Shown here: piece by piece, positions 20,301-29,162 of the stretch
Numbering within the stretch: the first letter of the stretch is position 1
Layout: every line of letters starts with the position of its first letter
From: Cenarchaeum sp.
Lineage (GTDB): Archaea; Thermoproteota; Nitrososphaeria; Nitrososphaerales; Nitrosopumilaceae
Direction of reading: 5' to 3'
Length of the DNA: 64,000 bases
Assembly: GCA_965242695.1 (NCBI GenBank)
Contig: CBDESU010000001.1
Coordinates: 736,001-800,000, forward strand
The notes under the pieces: model-generated
Told to the model about the DNA's origin: nothing
Databases searched by the model: none
Seen by the model: the letters and a program-made list of their open reading frames with translations, nothing else
Made by a program: the position numbers and the translations under genes

Positions 20301-22315
20301 ATTCCAGCCTGCGCGTGGGCCCGCAGAACACGACGGCGCCCATTACGAGCTTGGGCGGTTCTGGCACCCGAGCCCACACGGTCTCCTTTGACGCGATGTA
20401 TGCGGTCAACGCCTCGGCGATCGGGCGCATCGACATTGCGCCGCTCGCATCGTTGCCGCCCCTGCCCCTCGGAAGCCAGTTCGGCGGCGTCGACGGCAGG
20501 ATCGTGAACAGCAGCGCGGATGTGGGGATGTCGGCCGCCGCGCCGCCCGGCTCGCCGCCCGTCGAGATCGGCCCGGACGGATTTGTGACCCGGGTCATTG
20601 GCGCTGGTAGCGCGGCGATCCGCGTCCCGGGCGGCATGCTCCCCGCAGCAAGCAACGTCATGATCGAGGCGGCCGTGGCCACGGTCGTGTTTGCGGCGGG
20701 GACGAACATTACCGTCGCCGGCACCACAGACCCGTACACCGAGCCGATCAATGTCACCGAGGCCGGCGCCGATCGCCGAGACGACGCCATCGCCGGCGTC
20801 GCTGGACTTGGGGACCGCGGTGCACACGACAGGATCGGCACCGTCGTTGAGGTCGGCGACCCGAGCGCGGACATTGCGCTGGACAGCCCTGCCCGCATCC
20901 TGCTGAAGGACCGGCCGTCGCCTGCCAAGGTGTACCACATGAACAGTAGCGGCAAGGTCGCCGAGATACCAGCGTGCGGCAGCGCCGTTGATCCCGAGGG
21001 CTGGCTGGCAAACAACACCGGCGTACCGCCGTTCTGCCACGTGACATCGGGCGGCGGCTCGGACTCGAAAGACTATACGATCTACACGTACCGGCTCAGC
21101 GCATTCTTCGTGGTCGGCGACCCGCCTCCCACGGCCCCGGCGCCGCGGGTGGTGGCCCCGCCGGCCTCCACGTACGTCCCGCCGACCGTCTACTTTGGCG
21201 GCGGAGGCGGCGGAGGCGGCGGAGGCGGCGGAGGCGGCGGAGGCGGCGGAGGCGGCGGAGGCGCGCGCACCGGCGCCGGCGTCACGCTGTACACGGCCTC
21301 TTGGGACTGCAACGAGGGGACGCTCCAGGTCGTGGTCAACGCCGGAATAAGCCCCGACATCCGCATCCTGTCGTCCGACGGCTCGGTCGCCGCCAAGAGG
21401 AGCGACGGGCCGCATCCCTTCGGCCGCGCCGTCTACAAGGCTCCCCTGCCGGCCGACACGATAATCTCCGTCAGGGCAACGCTGGCCGAGGGCAGGACGT
21501 TTTCGATGGCGTCCGAGACCGTCCGCACGGGCGGGCAGTGCACGGGCGAGGCATTCTTCAAGTCGTACGACGGGCCGGCAGGGCCGCAGCAGCCGCCGCC
21601 GCGCCAGCAGCAGCCGCAGCAGGAGCGGCCCGACCCGCCAACGGCGTCCGACCCGCCCAGGACTAGCACCCCGCCTCCGCCACCTCCTCCCCCTCCGCCG
21701 GCGCCTCCTGCCGCTCCGCCTCAGGCCCCCGCACCCCCTGCCGCCGAGACGCCTCCCTCTGCCACCCCTCCCGCGATCACCATACCCGACCCGCCGCCCG
21801 ACGAGCCTCCCGCCGCTGTGCAGCCCCCCGCGGCCCCTCCGTCCGAGATCACCATACCCGACCCGCCGCCAGACCCAGACGAGCAGCCTCCCGCAGCGGC
21901 CGCAGACGACGACAGGCGCGGCGGCTGCCTGATCGCGACGGCCGCGTACGGGACCGAGCTCGCCCCGCAGGTGCAGCGCCTCCGCGAGGTCCGCGACGGC
22001 ACCCTCTTGACGACCGAGGCCGGCAGGTCGTTCATGGCCGCGTTCAGCCCCGCCTACTATGCATTCTCGCCGCAGGCGGCCGACCTGGAGCGCGGCCACC
22101 CTGCCCTCCGCCACACCGTCGCCGCCCTTGCCGCGCCGATGCTCCTTGCACTCACCGTCGTCGATGCGGCCGAGCCGGGCTCCGAGCACGGCGTCGTCGC
22201 GTACGGAATACTGGCGATCGCCCTCGTCGCCGGCATGTACGTTGCGGCGCCGGCGGCCGGCGCCTGGTATGCGGTGCGGCTGGCCCGCGGCCGCTCGCGC
22301 CGCCGGACGGCCTAG
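14348..22315 (+). CDS. Giant cell-surface protein: signal peptide, 2x (beta-propeller + parallel beta-helix), Ig-like modules, poly-Gly and Pro-rich linkers, CFI-box-CTERM anchor
   Basis: Hydrophobic N-terminus (MTAFLLAAVALAALV...AHA), a duplicated ~870-aa module, and GGCLIATAAYGTELAPQVQRLREVRD followed by a C-terminal TM helix and basic tail. Start uncertain (ORF open from 14072). Confidence 0.88.
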   Translation: MTAFLLAAVALAALVSAVALEPGAAHAQGVDEGCLPVGSADCAYRVTRTLHVGDIEPSIIRVDPVTGHVYVANEPHTSSRDSGHAHLRIYNNSAAGHDLIKDIRFGGANSRIADFEINNMTREIHVAHLWGVGDAEQGWDGRVFNDDGRANLTTISIDTYEIVKTIELGHRETARDNDSDTVDTTRYVVWDIAVDEARDVAYVSSKNDGQGPVLVVNTSDTTLLDTVVNHTAGSGPSGAWNAYKTAAPVSAMAVDPASGEVYAAARIGDLRDASSPPSHSWGIARLSFFDDDDRVTPNYQRLSFLNMTSNPHPVNGTCSDNDYNDHPCDNDVLVHALHLDASRNQLFALYDNHTVWAFKIGDGGNLTAPVEVDVRGGGDAPFHGEDQIRDIALDAERGLLYVVRYDYTDPRVVVIDATDSLHYAEIGSASLTSQPVGIGLGRAGGAVYVLPQWSPHAYVIEAKMKSNLQKMIDGASAGDTIRIPAGTYNNTVLDITKPLTLTPETGVLGDVVFTGHSRMEIEADNVTVRGLVFRDTACLPGYGAPLIEIRTQRVTHRNNLAVEDNIFRNTCHPAIQQEGIGKIVNVSIRGNVFENIGLNLPAGETEPLDTGGVNEFQVAHGAIGLAYHPGQGSVGGVVADNRISGTSAAGIRVFRADGLAITGNYIENTPASAVGLAHSPRNVVVADNIIAGANSEPDLDYLAGVNGSGEQGYYRFVNLNEKDAYAYLGYAPYHSTASNMSIAKDFDELAKAGIPWRNGTAIPSPDAAINIWSTATNVNVTGNTISGSDGALTVCTGVCAYESDGFVRPRDRNIAPIAGTEGIAGSVAFTGNTVYAHAGPDNGGALVVSHANGTINATDNRYFGCDMAGDPVHTAGNVENGSAQYEEGGCDVFHVTRTLPVGDIVPSIVRVNPNTDHVYVSNRPHLGAMDQNYSHLRIYDSRGNGHALIKDVQFNGTNSRIVDFEINSRTGEMHVVHLWGVGDADQGWDRREWNGDGRANMTTINTTTYEVVRTISLEHSEISAVNSSVVTKTTRYDLSDLVLDEARDFAYVSNARPDAASGPILVVNTSDTTLLPAVVKNTINDTSNSGNVDGWDAYDIGAPASSMAVDTETGLVYAAVRVGDSIRGGGNATDPPNHSWGIATLSFGDSGDAATQNYTQSHFLSMASNPATGCRTTDDYNRYPCNGAVHVSAMYLDTVRNKLFALYGNHTIWAFKLNASGYPGNPTEVDVRLKDPPPASYNYRVHEIGDEAEQVEHREITSIVLDAERGLLYASLYDFANPRVAVVSADSHKRIGLASVSSQVGALGLDPSSGDVYVLPQWTPNAYVIEALPRPALQIMIDNAASGGAIIVPAGTYDDTVLDITRPLTLASAAGQPGAVTFTGYSRMEIEADNVTIRGLEFRDTDCMPGFAASLVELRTYHDRTRAGITIEDNLFSNTCHAAIQQEGTGGISGIAIRDNSFEGIGLKVPDGRDRPVDTGGENEYQLMHAAIGLAFHPIQSPVGGDISGNQINGTSAAGIRVFNADGMTISNNVITNTPASGIGLAHGPSNTAITDNTITDANNKPNLDYLDGINGSGAADYYRFINLEHPNPYRYLGMRVLTDSPAEPSPDAAISVWADATNITVTDNTISKSDGAFTVCTGVCAFESDRPVRNNSRNVPDNSVAINGEVLVKKNTFRAYSGPDNNGTLVRSYALGTLDATGNIFDNTAAKDAVAGMVFYGGGSDDRDSGADASFASANTVRIRYDAPLGPPAGHSGPVYGNITGPGGLNEAPTSVLGVHTKLHTITFGGDDVGDMQNGTIALNVDLRGADRGSVPYAYTDDSIHVKPRLTVSEVSTPNQTGTYPAGSNITITVEFTRTAIVTTGAGYGPTIEMETGEDDREATYVGGSGTPSLSFLYTARPSDRTDALNYTGAGALRLSGASISDTAGSPAVLSLPAPPDLPANASLKIGVEPNVRLESAAFSSPTSARFVYNASLSAAQGDYSSLRVGPQNTTAPITSLGGSGTRAHTVSFDAMYAVNASAIGRIDIAPLASLPPLPLGSQFGGVDGRIVNSSADVGMSAAAPPGSPPVEIGPDGFVTRVIGAGSAAIRVPGGMLPAASNVMIEAAVATVVFAAGTNITVAGTTDPYTEPINVTEAGADRRDDAIAGVAGLGDRGAHDRIGTVVEVGDPSADIALDSPARILLKDRPSPAKVYHMNSSGKVAEIPACGSAVDPEGWLANNTGVPPFCHVTSGGGSDSKDYTIYTYRLSAFFVVGDPPPTAPAPRVVAPPASTYVPPTVYFGGGGGGGGGGGGGGGGGGGGGGARTGAGVTLYTASWDCNEGTLQVVVNAGISPDIRILSSDGSVAAKRSDGPHPFGRAVYKAPLPADTIISVRATLAEGRTFSMASETVRTGGQCTGEAFFKSYDGPAGPQQPPPRQQQPQQERPDPPTASDPPRTSTPPPPPPPPPPAPPAAPPQAPAPPAAETPPSATPPAITIPDPPPDEPPAAVQPPAAPPSEITIPDPPPDPDEQPPAAAADDDRRGGCLIATAAYGTELAPQVQRLREVRDGTLLTTEAGRSFMAAFSPAYYAFSPQAADLERGHPALRHTVAALAAPMLLALTVVDAAEPGSEHGVVAYGILAIALVAGMYVAAPAAGAWYAVRLARGRSRRRTA
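21196..21262 (+). repeat. (GGCGGCGGA)n microsatellite encoding poly-Gly
   Basis: 9-bp unit repeated about 7 times in frame. Confidence 0.85.
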
Positions 22316-22379
22316 GATCCTGCTCCAAAGCGGCAGCACGCGCCGTACCTTAATATTGCCACCGGGTTTGGGCGCGCCG

Positions 22380-23090
22380 TTGGTTACGCCTAGGAACTGG
22401 GTCGCCGAGGGCATCGCGACGTACGCGCTCGTGTTCTTTGGGCCCCTGTCGGTCGTACTGTCGGTCGTCGCGTTCGGCGACGGCCTCTCGACCGAGGCCA
22501 TACTGATGATCGCGCTCGGCCACGGCGCCGCAATCGGGATAATGGTGTACGCGTTTGGGCACATATCCGGCGCGCACATAAACCCCGCCGTCACCATACC
22601 GATGGTACTCCTCAGGAAGATGAGTCCCGCCGATGGCGCCGGGTACGTCGGCTTCCAGCTCATCGGGGCCGTCCTGGCGTCGCTCACGCTGTTTGCGCTC
22701 CTGCCCGGCGAGGGCATGGAGGTCGGGCTCGGCGCCCACACGGGGCCGAGCGACCTGCTCGCCGGCAGCGCCGTGTCTGGGTTTGTCGCCGAGGTCATCT
22801 TTACGTTCTTCCTGGTGGTGACGATATTCGGCGTCGCGGTCCACAAGAGGGCGCCTGCCGGCATCGCAGGCGTGGCCATCGGCGGCATGGTGTTTCTACT
22901 CCACGTCGTCGGCGTGCCGCTCACGGGCGCATCGATGAACCCAGCGCGGTCGTTCGCGCCGGCGCTCGTGTCTGGCACGTGGGACTTTCAGTGGATGTAC
23001 TGGGCGGCCCCCATAATCGGCGGGATCATCGCCGCCGTCGTCATGAGCTACCTGTACACGAACCGGGCCGAGAAAGAGGCCGAGGGCTAG
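22380..23090 (+). CDS. MIP-family channel (aquaporin)
   Basis: HISGAHINPAVT and GASMNPARSFAP (two NPA motifs) plus several hydrophobic helices; TTG start. Confidence 0.95.
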   Translation: MVTPRNWVAEGIATYALVFFGPLSVVLSVVAFGDGLSTEAILMIALGHGAAIGIMVYAFGHISGAHINPAVTIPMVLLRKMSPADGAGYVGFQLIGAVLASLTLFALLPGEGMEVGLGAHTGPSDLLAGSAVSGFVAEVIFTFFLVVTIFGVAVHKRAPAGIAGVAIGGMVFLLHVVGVPLTGASMNPARSFAPALVSGTWDFQWMYWAAPIIGGIIAAVVMSYLYTNRAEKEAEG

Positions 23091-23125
23091 GCGGGCCCGG
23101 GGCGGCGGCACGGGCGGAACCTGCA

Positions 23126-23536
23126 ATGCAGCCCGACGGCGATCCTGACGCGGCCGCGCGCGCCCTGGCGCGGATTGCAGAGGCCGGGGACGTCGAGTCG
23201 ATGTCCGTCGAGGATGTGGTCGCCGCGTACTACAAGGCCCTGAGCATGCGCGCGCATATGGAGGCGGCCCGGGCGGAAGGCGGCAGCGGCGCCGGGAGCG
23301 CGGGCGCTGTCGCGGCCGCCGATGCGGCCCTAGAGGCGTTTGACGCCCGGTTCCACCCGCGCGCCATGGCCCGCCTCGAGTCCATGTCGGCCGGCCTTGC
23401 CGAGCGGCTGGAGCGGGAGGACGAGGACGAGGACGGCGGCGGCGGCGGGGATGAAGGCGAGTTTGACCGCCTGCGCGCGGCAATGAGCGCAGCCGAGTTT
23501 GCCAGGCAGTACGACAGGGGGCTGCGCGGGGGCTGA
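23126..23536 (+). CDS. Hypothetical helical protein
   Basis: Protein-like frame (SVEDVVAAYYKAL...FDARFHPRAM...EFARQYDRGL). Confidence 0.6.
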   Translation: MQPDGDPDAAARALARIAEAGDVESMSVEDVVAAYYKALSMRAHMEAARAEGGSGAGSAGAVAAADAALEAFDARFHPRAMARLESMSAGLAERLEREDEDEDGGGGGDEGEFDRLRAAMSAAEFARQYDRGLRGG

Positions 23537-23625
23537 CCGCCGCAGCCGCCGCCGGCCCCGCCGCGGGCGAGGATCTGCCGCGCCTGCAGCGCGCACTGGC
23601 CGCCGGCCTGCCCGGCGGCCGCCCC

Positions 23626-24411
23626 GTGGGAGGCAGGCTCGTCGAGGCAGTCCCGCTCGCCGATCCGGGGGGCTGCGCCGGCCGCCACCGCATGCTCTGC
23701 GGGCTCGCCGCGGCCAGCCCCGTCTACGGCGGGCCGGGCAAAGAGGCGGACATCGGCGGGGCGCGCTGCACCGTCCTAGAGGGGGACACAAACCGCCTGT
23801 GGCTCGGCAGCGTGCGCAATGCGCGCTCTAGGGCGCCGTTCTCGCCGACATGGCTCGCATCGGCGTACGGGCTCGCCGCGGCGGCGCGCGATGCGGGGTG
23901 CGCCGAGGCCGTCGATATAGGGTCCGGCGACGGGCGCATCGCGCACTGCGCGGCCCTGCTCGGCATGCGCTCGCACTCGATAGAGCTCGACGCCCGCCTG
24001 GCGGGGCTGCAGCGGGGCGTTGCGGAGCGGATCGGCGCGGATATCGACGTGCGGCAGGCCGATGCGGCGTCGTTCGACTATGCCTCGCTCGGCCTGGCGC
24101 GGCCGGCGTTCTTTGTAGGCGGCCTAGCCCAGATGGGCGGCGATGCGCTCGCCGGCGCGGCCGCGTCATACGCCGCCTCGTCGCTGCCGGCAGGCGCGGC
24201 CCTGTTCGTGCTGCCCGGGACGCTCTCCCCAAAGTACGCCCCCGACCCATACTCGATGGCCGGGTGGGGCCGGACGGTGGCCGGCGCGCGGCTGCGCGTC
24301 GAGCGGACCGTCCGCCTGCCGGCGGCGTGGACGCTCGGCGAGGCCGATGCCGTGCCGTACCTCCTTGCGCGCACGGGCGGCCCCAGCCAGGCAGGCGATC
24401 GCGGGGAGTGA
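23626..24411 (+). CDS. SAM-dependent methyltransferase-like protein
   Basis: PFSPTW, motif I AVDIGSGDGRIA, SIELD and QADA. Confidence 0.75.
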   Translation: MGGRLVEAVPLADPGGCAGRHRMLCGLAAASPVYGGPGKEADIGGARCTVLEGDTNRLWLGSVRNARSRAPFSPTWLASAYGLAAAARDAGCAEAVDIGSGDGRIAHCAALLGMRSHSIELDARLAGLQRGVAERIGADIDVRQADAASFDYASLGLARPAFFVGGLAQMGGDALAGAAASYAASSLPAGAALFVLPGTLSPKYAPDPYSMAGWGRTVAGARLRVERTVRLPAAWTLGEADAVPYLLARTGGPSQAGDRGE

Positions 24412-24561
24412 GGCGCGGGATCGGCGCCCGTTCCGCGCCGCAGGGGGGCCGTGGACAGGCAGAACGGGCGGCGGGCGCCGCATGCTCGGCCGCCGGGCCG
24501 CCCGCAGGCGCGCATCTTGGCCGGGCGATACCCAAATTAAGCACGCCTGCCAACGCGGGCC

Positions 24562-24636
24562 GGATCCGTTGCACAGCATGGATAGTGCGAACGCTTGCGG
24601 AGCGTTAGGTCGCCGGTTCGAGTCCGGTCGGGTCCG
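24562..24636 (+). tRNA. tRNA-Arg (anticodon GCG), intronless
   Basis: Acceptor GGATCCG/CGGGTCC, D-arm GCAC/GTGC, anticodon stem AACGC/GCGTT with loop TTGCGGA, T-arm GCCGG-TTCGAGT-CCGGT; AATTAA promoter upstream. Confidence 0.95.
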
Positions 24637-24655
24637 CTCACCTTCAACCGCCCCG

Positions 24656-24787
24656 TCAGGGGCCAGCGCCCTCCACCCTGGTCGTAAACCGCCCGCAGTT
24701 GCACCCCGTGACCAGGCACCTACCCGAGCCGTCCATGTGGGCGGCGCGGTCGTGGTAGCACCCCGTATCCAGGTTCCGGCACTGCAA
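24656..24787 (-). CDS. 43-aa Cys/His metal-binding microprotein
   Basis: MQCRNLDTGCYHDRAAHMDGSGRCLVTGCNCGRFTTRVEGAGP from a TTG start; TTATAA at 24812-24817. Below the ORF-track cutoff. Confidence 0.65.
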   Translation of the reverse strand: MQCRNLDTGCYHDRAAHMDGSGRCLVTGCNCGRFTTRVEGAGP

Positions 24788-24850
24788 CGGCGCGGCGGCC
24801 GCGCCGCGCGGTTATAACGCTCGCGAGCCTCCGCCGGCGCCGCGCACGGC

Positions 24851-25030
24851 CTAGGCGCCCCCAAATACAATGCACTGCTCGCACTCGCACTGCTCGCGCT
24901 TGCCGTCCTTGGCAAGGCACTTGGCATGCTGCCCCGCCTGGCACTGCACGCACACCTCGTCGAGGTTGTCGACGGACGTGTACTTGCGGGACTGGTCGAA
25001 CCCGAACCCTCCGTCGCGCGGGCCGACCAT
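24851..25030 (-). CDS. 59-aa Cys-rich microprotein
   Basis: CVQCQAGQHAKC...QCECEQC. Confidence 0.7.
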   Translation of the reverse strand: MVGPRDGGFGFDQSRKYTSVDNLDEVCVQCQAGQHAKCLAKDGKREQCECEQCIVFGGA

Positions 25031-25107
25031 GGCGGCGGCCCGCGGCGGGGCCATATCTGCCTTGCGGGCCGCATAGGTTCATTATCCTGCCCGCCCCGCG
25101 GCGCGGC

Positions 25108-25206
25108 GTGAAGCGGTGGGAGAAGATATTCGCTTGGGTCGCCATCATCGGCGGCGGCATCGGCATATTCCTGCTTTCGGATGTCGTAGTCGACCTCATG
25201 AGGTAG
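25108..25206 (+). CDS. 32-aa single-TM microprotein
   Basis: MKRWEKIFAWVAIIGGGIGIFLLSDVVVDLMR from a GTG start; AT-rich element about 27 bp upstream. Confidence 0.55.
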   Translation: MKRWEKIFAWVAIIGGGIGIFLLSDVVVDLMR

Positions 25207-25299
25207 GCGCGCCCGCCTGGCGCCGCCGCCGCGAGGCGGGCCGGGCTGCCGGATGGATGGGCGCCGCAACGTTCGCGGCGGCCTGCCGCACCTGGGAGT

Positions 25300-25353
25300 G
25301 TGCCCACATTTTTTGCCATGGAATTGAAATTTTGATCAAAAAATGGTGGGCAC
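25300..25353. repeat. 54-bp palindromic element, copy 1
   Basis: GTGCCCACATTTTTT...AAAAAATGGTGGGCAC; same length and orientation as 30064..30117. Confidence 0.8.
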
Positions 25354-25550
25354 GGCTGCGCCATACGGCGACCGTCGTGCACCACAAGATGGGAAGGAGA
25401 GAGGGGATCGGCCGCGCCGGCGCATCCGTGCAAGGCTGCGGCTGCGAACCTGATGCGGCGGCCCGCCCGCTATTGCGCACCGGCGCCTGCGCCTGCCGGA
25501 ACGAGCGCGGCGCCGGATGCGCCTGCCCGGCGGCGGCGGCGGCAGCTGGA

Positions 25551-28500
25551 CTACCGGTCGCGGGCCTGGGCGGACACGGGAGACGGCGCGCCGAGGCCCG
25601 CCCCTCCTGCCGCAAGCGGCGGTTCGGCCTCGGTCTCGGCCGCGCCTGCCGTCGCGCCGGGCTGTGCAGGGCAGTCCGTACCTGGCCGACCCGCCGCGGC
25701 CAGGCGCATTCTGACGCCTATCCTGACAATGCCGTTGTAGCCCGGCTCGCGCCGGGCATCGCTGTCGTCGACTGCGGCGGCCTCTGCCTCGATCGCGGTG
25801 CCGCAGTCGATCAGGGGTGCGAGATACCCCGCGATGCTGCGGTCCATGTAGCCTAGCAGGGTGCCGCGCGCATGCACCGCAATCGCATTCTTGTCGTGCA
25901 GCGCGTCGTAGTCCCTCTTGAGCAGAAGCGGCTCGCCCGACGAAATCCGCGAGCCGACCGCCGGCGCGTTGGCGCTCCCCGTGCAGGCAACGGCGGGGCG
26001 CGTCTCGAGCACGCTGTCTAGGCCGCGCCCTTCCCTGACTAGGCGGTTGGGGTGGATGCCGGACGTGGCGGCGGCGATCCTTGCCGCATCGCACTCCTCC
26101 GCCCCGTACCTCTTGGCCAGCGTCGCCCCGTCGATGCCGGAGAGCCACGAGGCAAAGTCCGCAAAGCCGAGCCCCTTCGGGCATGCCGCCGACATGGCCG
26201 TTGCGGCCCTTCTTGACGTCGTGCCAAGGCGCATGGCCCAGCTGGCCTCGGGGCTTGCGACGCCGTACTTGATCATCCCGGGCAGGTGCCTGATCCTGGG
26301 AGGCAGGGATGCGGCATCCACCCCCGTCTCGTGCGCCGCGATCCTGATGAGGGCCGACACGGCCCAGGGCAGGTCGCGCCCCGTAATTCCGTCCACAATC
26401 TGCGCCGCGCCGTCCCTGCCGCCGTGCCCCGCCCCGCCCGGCATGTCTGCGGCGGGGGTCCCGCCCAGCCACATTTCGACCAGCCGACCCGTGTCGCCGC
26501 CGTACGAGTGCCTGTGGGGCATCTCCGGCATCTGGTCTGCCAGATCAAGGGCGATCCGCGCCAGTCCGACTGCATCCTCGTCGGATCCCGACGACAAGAG
26601 CCCCGTGATACGATCCCTGTTTTCCCTGACGTACGCGCTGATCCTGCGGCAGCTCTCGACCGACAGGCCGGTGCCCCCGTAGGCACTCGCAGTCGACTCG
26701 CCCATCTCGGCGGCCTTTTTGGCTGCGCCGCGGAGGCACTCGCGCAGCGTGGCGATTCGGCCGTCGCCCTCCTGCATCTGCGCCGCTGCCAGGGTCGCGG
26801 ACACGGTGCGATCGACCGCCTCGCAGTCGCCCCCGGCGCCCTCCTCTGCGAGGATTCCGAGCGCCTCGCAGCCTACCTCTGCCTCCAGGTCCGCTGCGCC
26901 GATCCTGCCCTCTGCAAGCTCGTCGAGCAGCTGGAATGCGTGGCTGCGCACCGTGCCGAGCTGGCCCCTGTGCGAGCGGTAGTAGTCGTAGTCGCGCCTG
27001 TCCATGTCGCTTCCGACGATGTGGATTACGGCCCCCTCGGTCTCGCGCCCCGCGCGCCCCGCGCGCCCTGCCATATCCCAGTACTCGTGGGCAGGAATCC
27101 GCATCTGCCTGCCCGACATGCGGTCGCAACTGCGGCACGAGTGGACGATCAGCGTCCTGACCGGCATGCTCGTTCCCGGGGAAGGCGCGCCGGCGGACAC
27201 CACGACGGGGTACTTTCCATCGTGCACGTCCGACTCTATCGCATCCCTGAGCCTGCCGGGCATCCCTCCATGATGCACCGCTATGCCCGTGCCGAGAAGG
27301 CGCGTCAAGTCGTGGTCGCCGCCGAGCCATTCGGCGGCCGCGCGACGGGATCGCGTGGACGCCCCCGTCCTGAAGCGGTACGGCACGTCCCTTCCGGACT
27401 TCGCCGCCAGGCTGATTCTGCCCTCGAGCTTTAGGGCCACCGACACGGCCCATGCCGGCTGGGCCGCGTACACCTGGACTGGCCCGAGCGCAGAGTACTT
27501 GAACGCGAGCTCGGCCGCAGTCTCCCCTTTTTCGGTGGATGGGAACGACTGCCGGCTGATCCTCCCCGTCTCGGGGTCTGCATGCTCGTATGCCTCGCTG
27601 CGGATGACGCCCTTGGCACGCACTTGGGAGGCATGATCCTCGTCGCCCCCCTCGTACACGAGCGCGCACTCTCCGCCCTCCGCGGGCGGCCACTCGAACC
27701 TTGCGAGGCGGCGGGCCGTGGGGCGCCAGCCGGCCTCGATGATGCCGCTCGCGCCGCCTTCCCCGCACAGCCAGCCTGCAAACTCGCGCATCGACTCGTC
27801 CGACAGGACGGCCGACATGACGATGAACCTCGATGCGGCAAACCTCCTCTGCAGCCTGGCCAGCAGCATTTCCATCCTCAGGCCCCTGACGCCGTCTCCT
27901 ACCGCATGCCCGTCGTCAATGACGAACAGCGCAGCGTTGCCGAGGCGCCCGGGGTGGGCCCTGAGCATAAGATCCAGCTTTTCGGGCGTCGCGACCAGTA
28001 TGTCTGCGCACGAGGCAAGGTCGTCCTCCACCGGATCGTCGTCGTACGCGCCGTCCATTGCGGACACGCCAAACCCGATGTCGGGAAACACGTCCGAGAG
28101 GCTGCCGGCCACCTCGGAGACGCGGGCGCGGCATGGCGCAACATACACGCACTTTGCGCCCCGCGCGCCGCGATCAAGCGCGTGAAGTATGGCCATTTCG
28201 ACCACTCCCATCCTGCCCGAGCCGGCGGGCATTCGAACGATCCTTGAGGCGTCCGAGTCGACCAGGCCCCCCTCGATGGCCGCCCTCTGCGACGGCCACG
28301 CTTCCGAGGCGGAGCGGCCCCCGAGTGCTCTCCCTCCCCGCCCCCTGGCAAGCAGCATCATGTACCGCTCCCACAGGGGGCGCCCCCTCTTACACTCTAG
28401 GGCGCGCCATGTCGAGCGCGCCGTCATGGGCCCGATCACGCCGCGCAGCCCGTACAGCAGGGCCGATTCCTCGTAGAAGCCGCGCGACGAGAACAGGCCT

Positions 28501-29162
28501 TCGGCGCTTCTGAGCAGATCCGCGGCCCCGTCGATGCCGTCCCTCGATCCCGACAGGAAGAACCCCGCAACGTCCGAAAGGGAGCGCGCTGTAGCGGCAA
28601 GCCCGAGCCTGTACGGCATGCTGTCGACGCTGCCGTAGTCGGGCTCCCTGACCAGCCCCGCACACTCTTGCCGCAGCCCGACAAAGCGCCGCGCAAGGAA
28701 CATGGCCGCAATGTGCTGCATCTCGTTGCCGCCGCCGCCGCCGCCCCGCTCGGACTCGATGAAGGAGCTCGCAATGCAAGCGGCGTTGGCCTGGTACCCG
28801 GCAAGCTCGTACGCGCACGAGGCGTTGAGCAGGGCGTACCTGCACGGCGCGCCCTCGCATAGCTTTGCCAGGCCCTCCCATATTCTTGCAAGCCGCGCGG
28901 CATGCCGCCTCAGGACGTCCGGGGGATCGGCGATCTCGCCGCTCTCTGCCGAGAGCGTGGATGCGACGAACGAAAGGGCTGCCGCCCTTCTGGCGACCAG
29001 CGCCTCGGATAGTGCGCCGCCGTCCTCTGCGCGATGTCCGCTGGCGGAGATCTCCTTGAGGATAGACTTGGAGTCTACCCGGTACGCATCCTCGTGAAAC
29101 GACGGCTCGGACATGGCCCGCAGCAGCTCCCCGTACATCATCTTGGATGCAGATTCAGGCAT
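25551..29162 (-). CDS. Ski2-like SF2 helicase (HamB-like) with degenerate ATPase motifs and a C-terminal HIRAN domain
   Basis: WPSQ Q-motif, VATPEKLDLMLR, HHGGMP and MAGRAGRAG. Walker A reads PAGSGRM and Walker B reads IDDGH. HIRAN-like LKRDYDALHDKNAIAV...LGYM. Start overlaps the stop of the upstream nuclease. Confidence 0.8.
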   Translation of the reverse strand: MPESASKMMYGELLRAMSEPSFHEDAYRVDSKSILKEISASGHRAEDGGALSEALVARRAAALSFVASTLSAESGEIADPPDVLRRHAARLARIWEGLAKLCEGAPCRYALLNASCAYELAGYQANAACIASSFIESERGGGGGGNEMQHIAAMFLARRFVGLRQECAGLVREPDYGSVDSMPYRLGLAATARSLSDVAGFFLSGSRDGIDGAADLLRSAEGLFSSRGFYEESALLYGLRGVIGPMTARSTWRALECKRGRPLWERYMMLLARGRGGRALGGRSASEAWPSQRAAIEGGLVDSDASRIVRMPAGSGRMGVVEMAILHALDRGARGAKCVYVAPCRARVSEVAGSLSDVFPDIGFGVSAMDGAYDDDPVEDDLASCADILVATPEKLDLMLRAHPGRLGNAALFVIDDGHAVGDGVRGLRMEMLLARLQRRFAASRFIVMSAVLSDESMREFAGWLCGEGGASGIIEAGWRPTARRLARFEWPPAEGGECALVYEGGDEDHASQVRAKGVIRSEAYEHADPETGRISRQSFPSTEKGETAAELAFKYSALGPVQVYAAQPAWAVSVALKLEGRISLAAKSGRDVPYRFRTGASTRSRRAAAEWLGGDHDLTRLLGTGIAVHHGGMPGRLRDAIESDVHDGKYPVVVSAGAPSPGTSMPVRTLIVHSCRSCDRMSGRQMRIPAHEYWDMAGRAGRAGRETEGAVIHIVGSDMDRRDYDYYRSHRGQLGTVRSHAFQLLDELAEGRIGAADLEAEVGCEALGILAEEGAGGDCEAVDRTVSATLAAAQMQEGDGRIATLRECLRGAAKKAAEMGESTASAYGGTGLSVESCRRISAYVRENRDRITGLLSSGSDEDAVGLARIALDLADQMPEMPHRHSYGGDTGRLVEMWLGGTPAADMPGGAGHGGRDGAAQIVDGITGRDLPWAVSALIRIAAHETGVDAASLPPRIRHLPGMIKYGVASPEASWAMRLGTTSRRAATAMSAACPKGLGFADFASWLSGIDGATLAKRYGAEECDAARIAAATSGIHPNRLVREGRGLDSVLETRPAVACTGSANAPAVGSRISSGEPLLLKRDYDALHDKNAIAVHARGTLLGYMDRSIAGYLAPLIDCGTAIEAEAAAVDDSDARREPGYNGIVRIGVRMRLAAAGRPGTDCPAQPGATAGAAETEAEPPLAAGGAGLGAPSPVSAQARDR

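Noticed and set aside
20243-22978. Long antisense and alternate-frame ORFs (also 31180..33330, 60816..62903, 7663..8916 and others)
   Set aside because: Arg/Pro/Gly-rich shadows expected at very high GC, overlapping better-supported genes.
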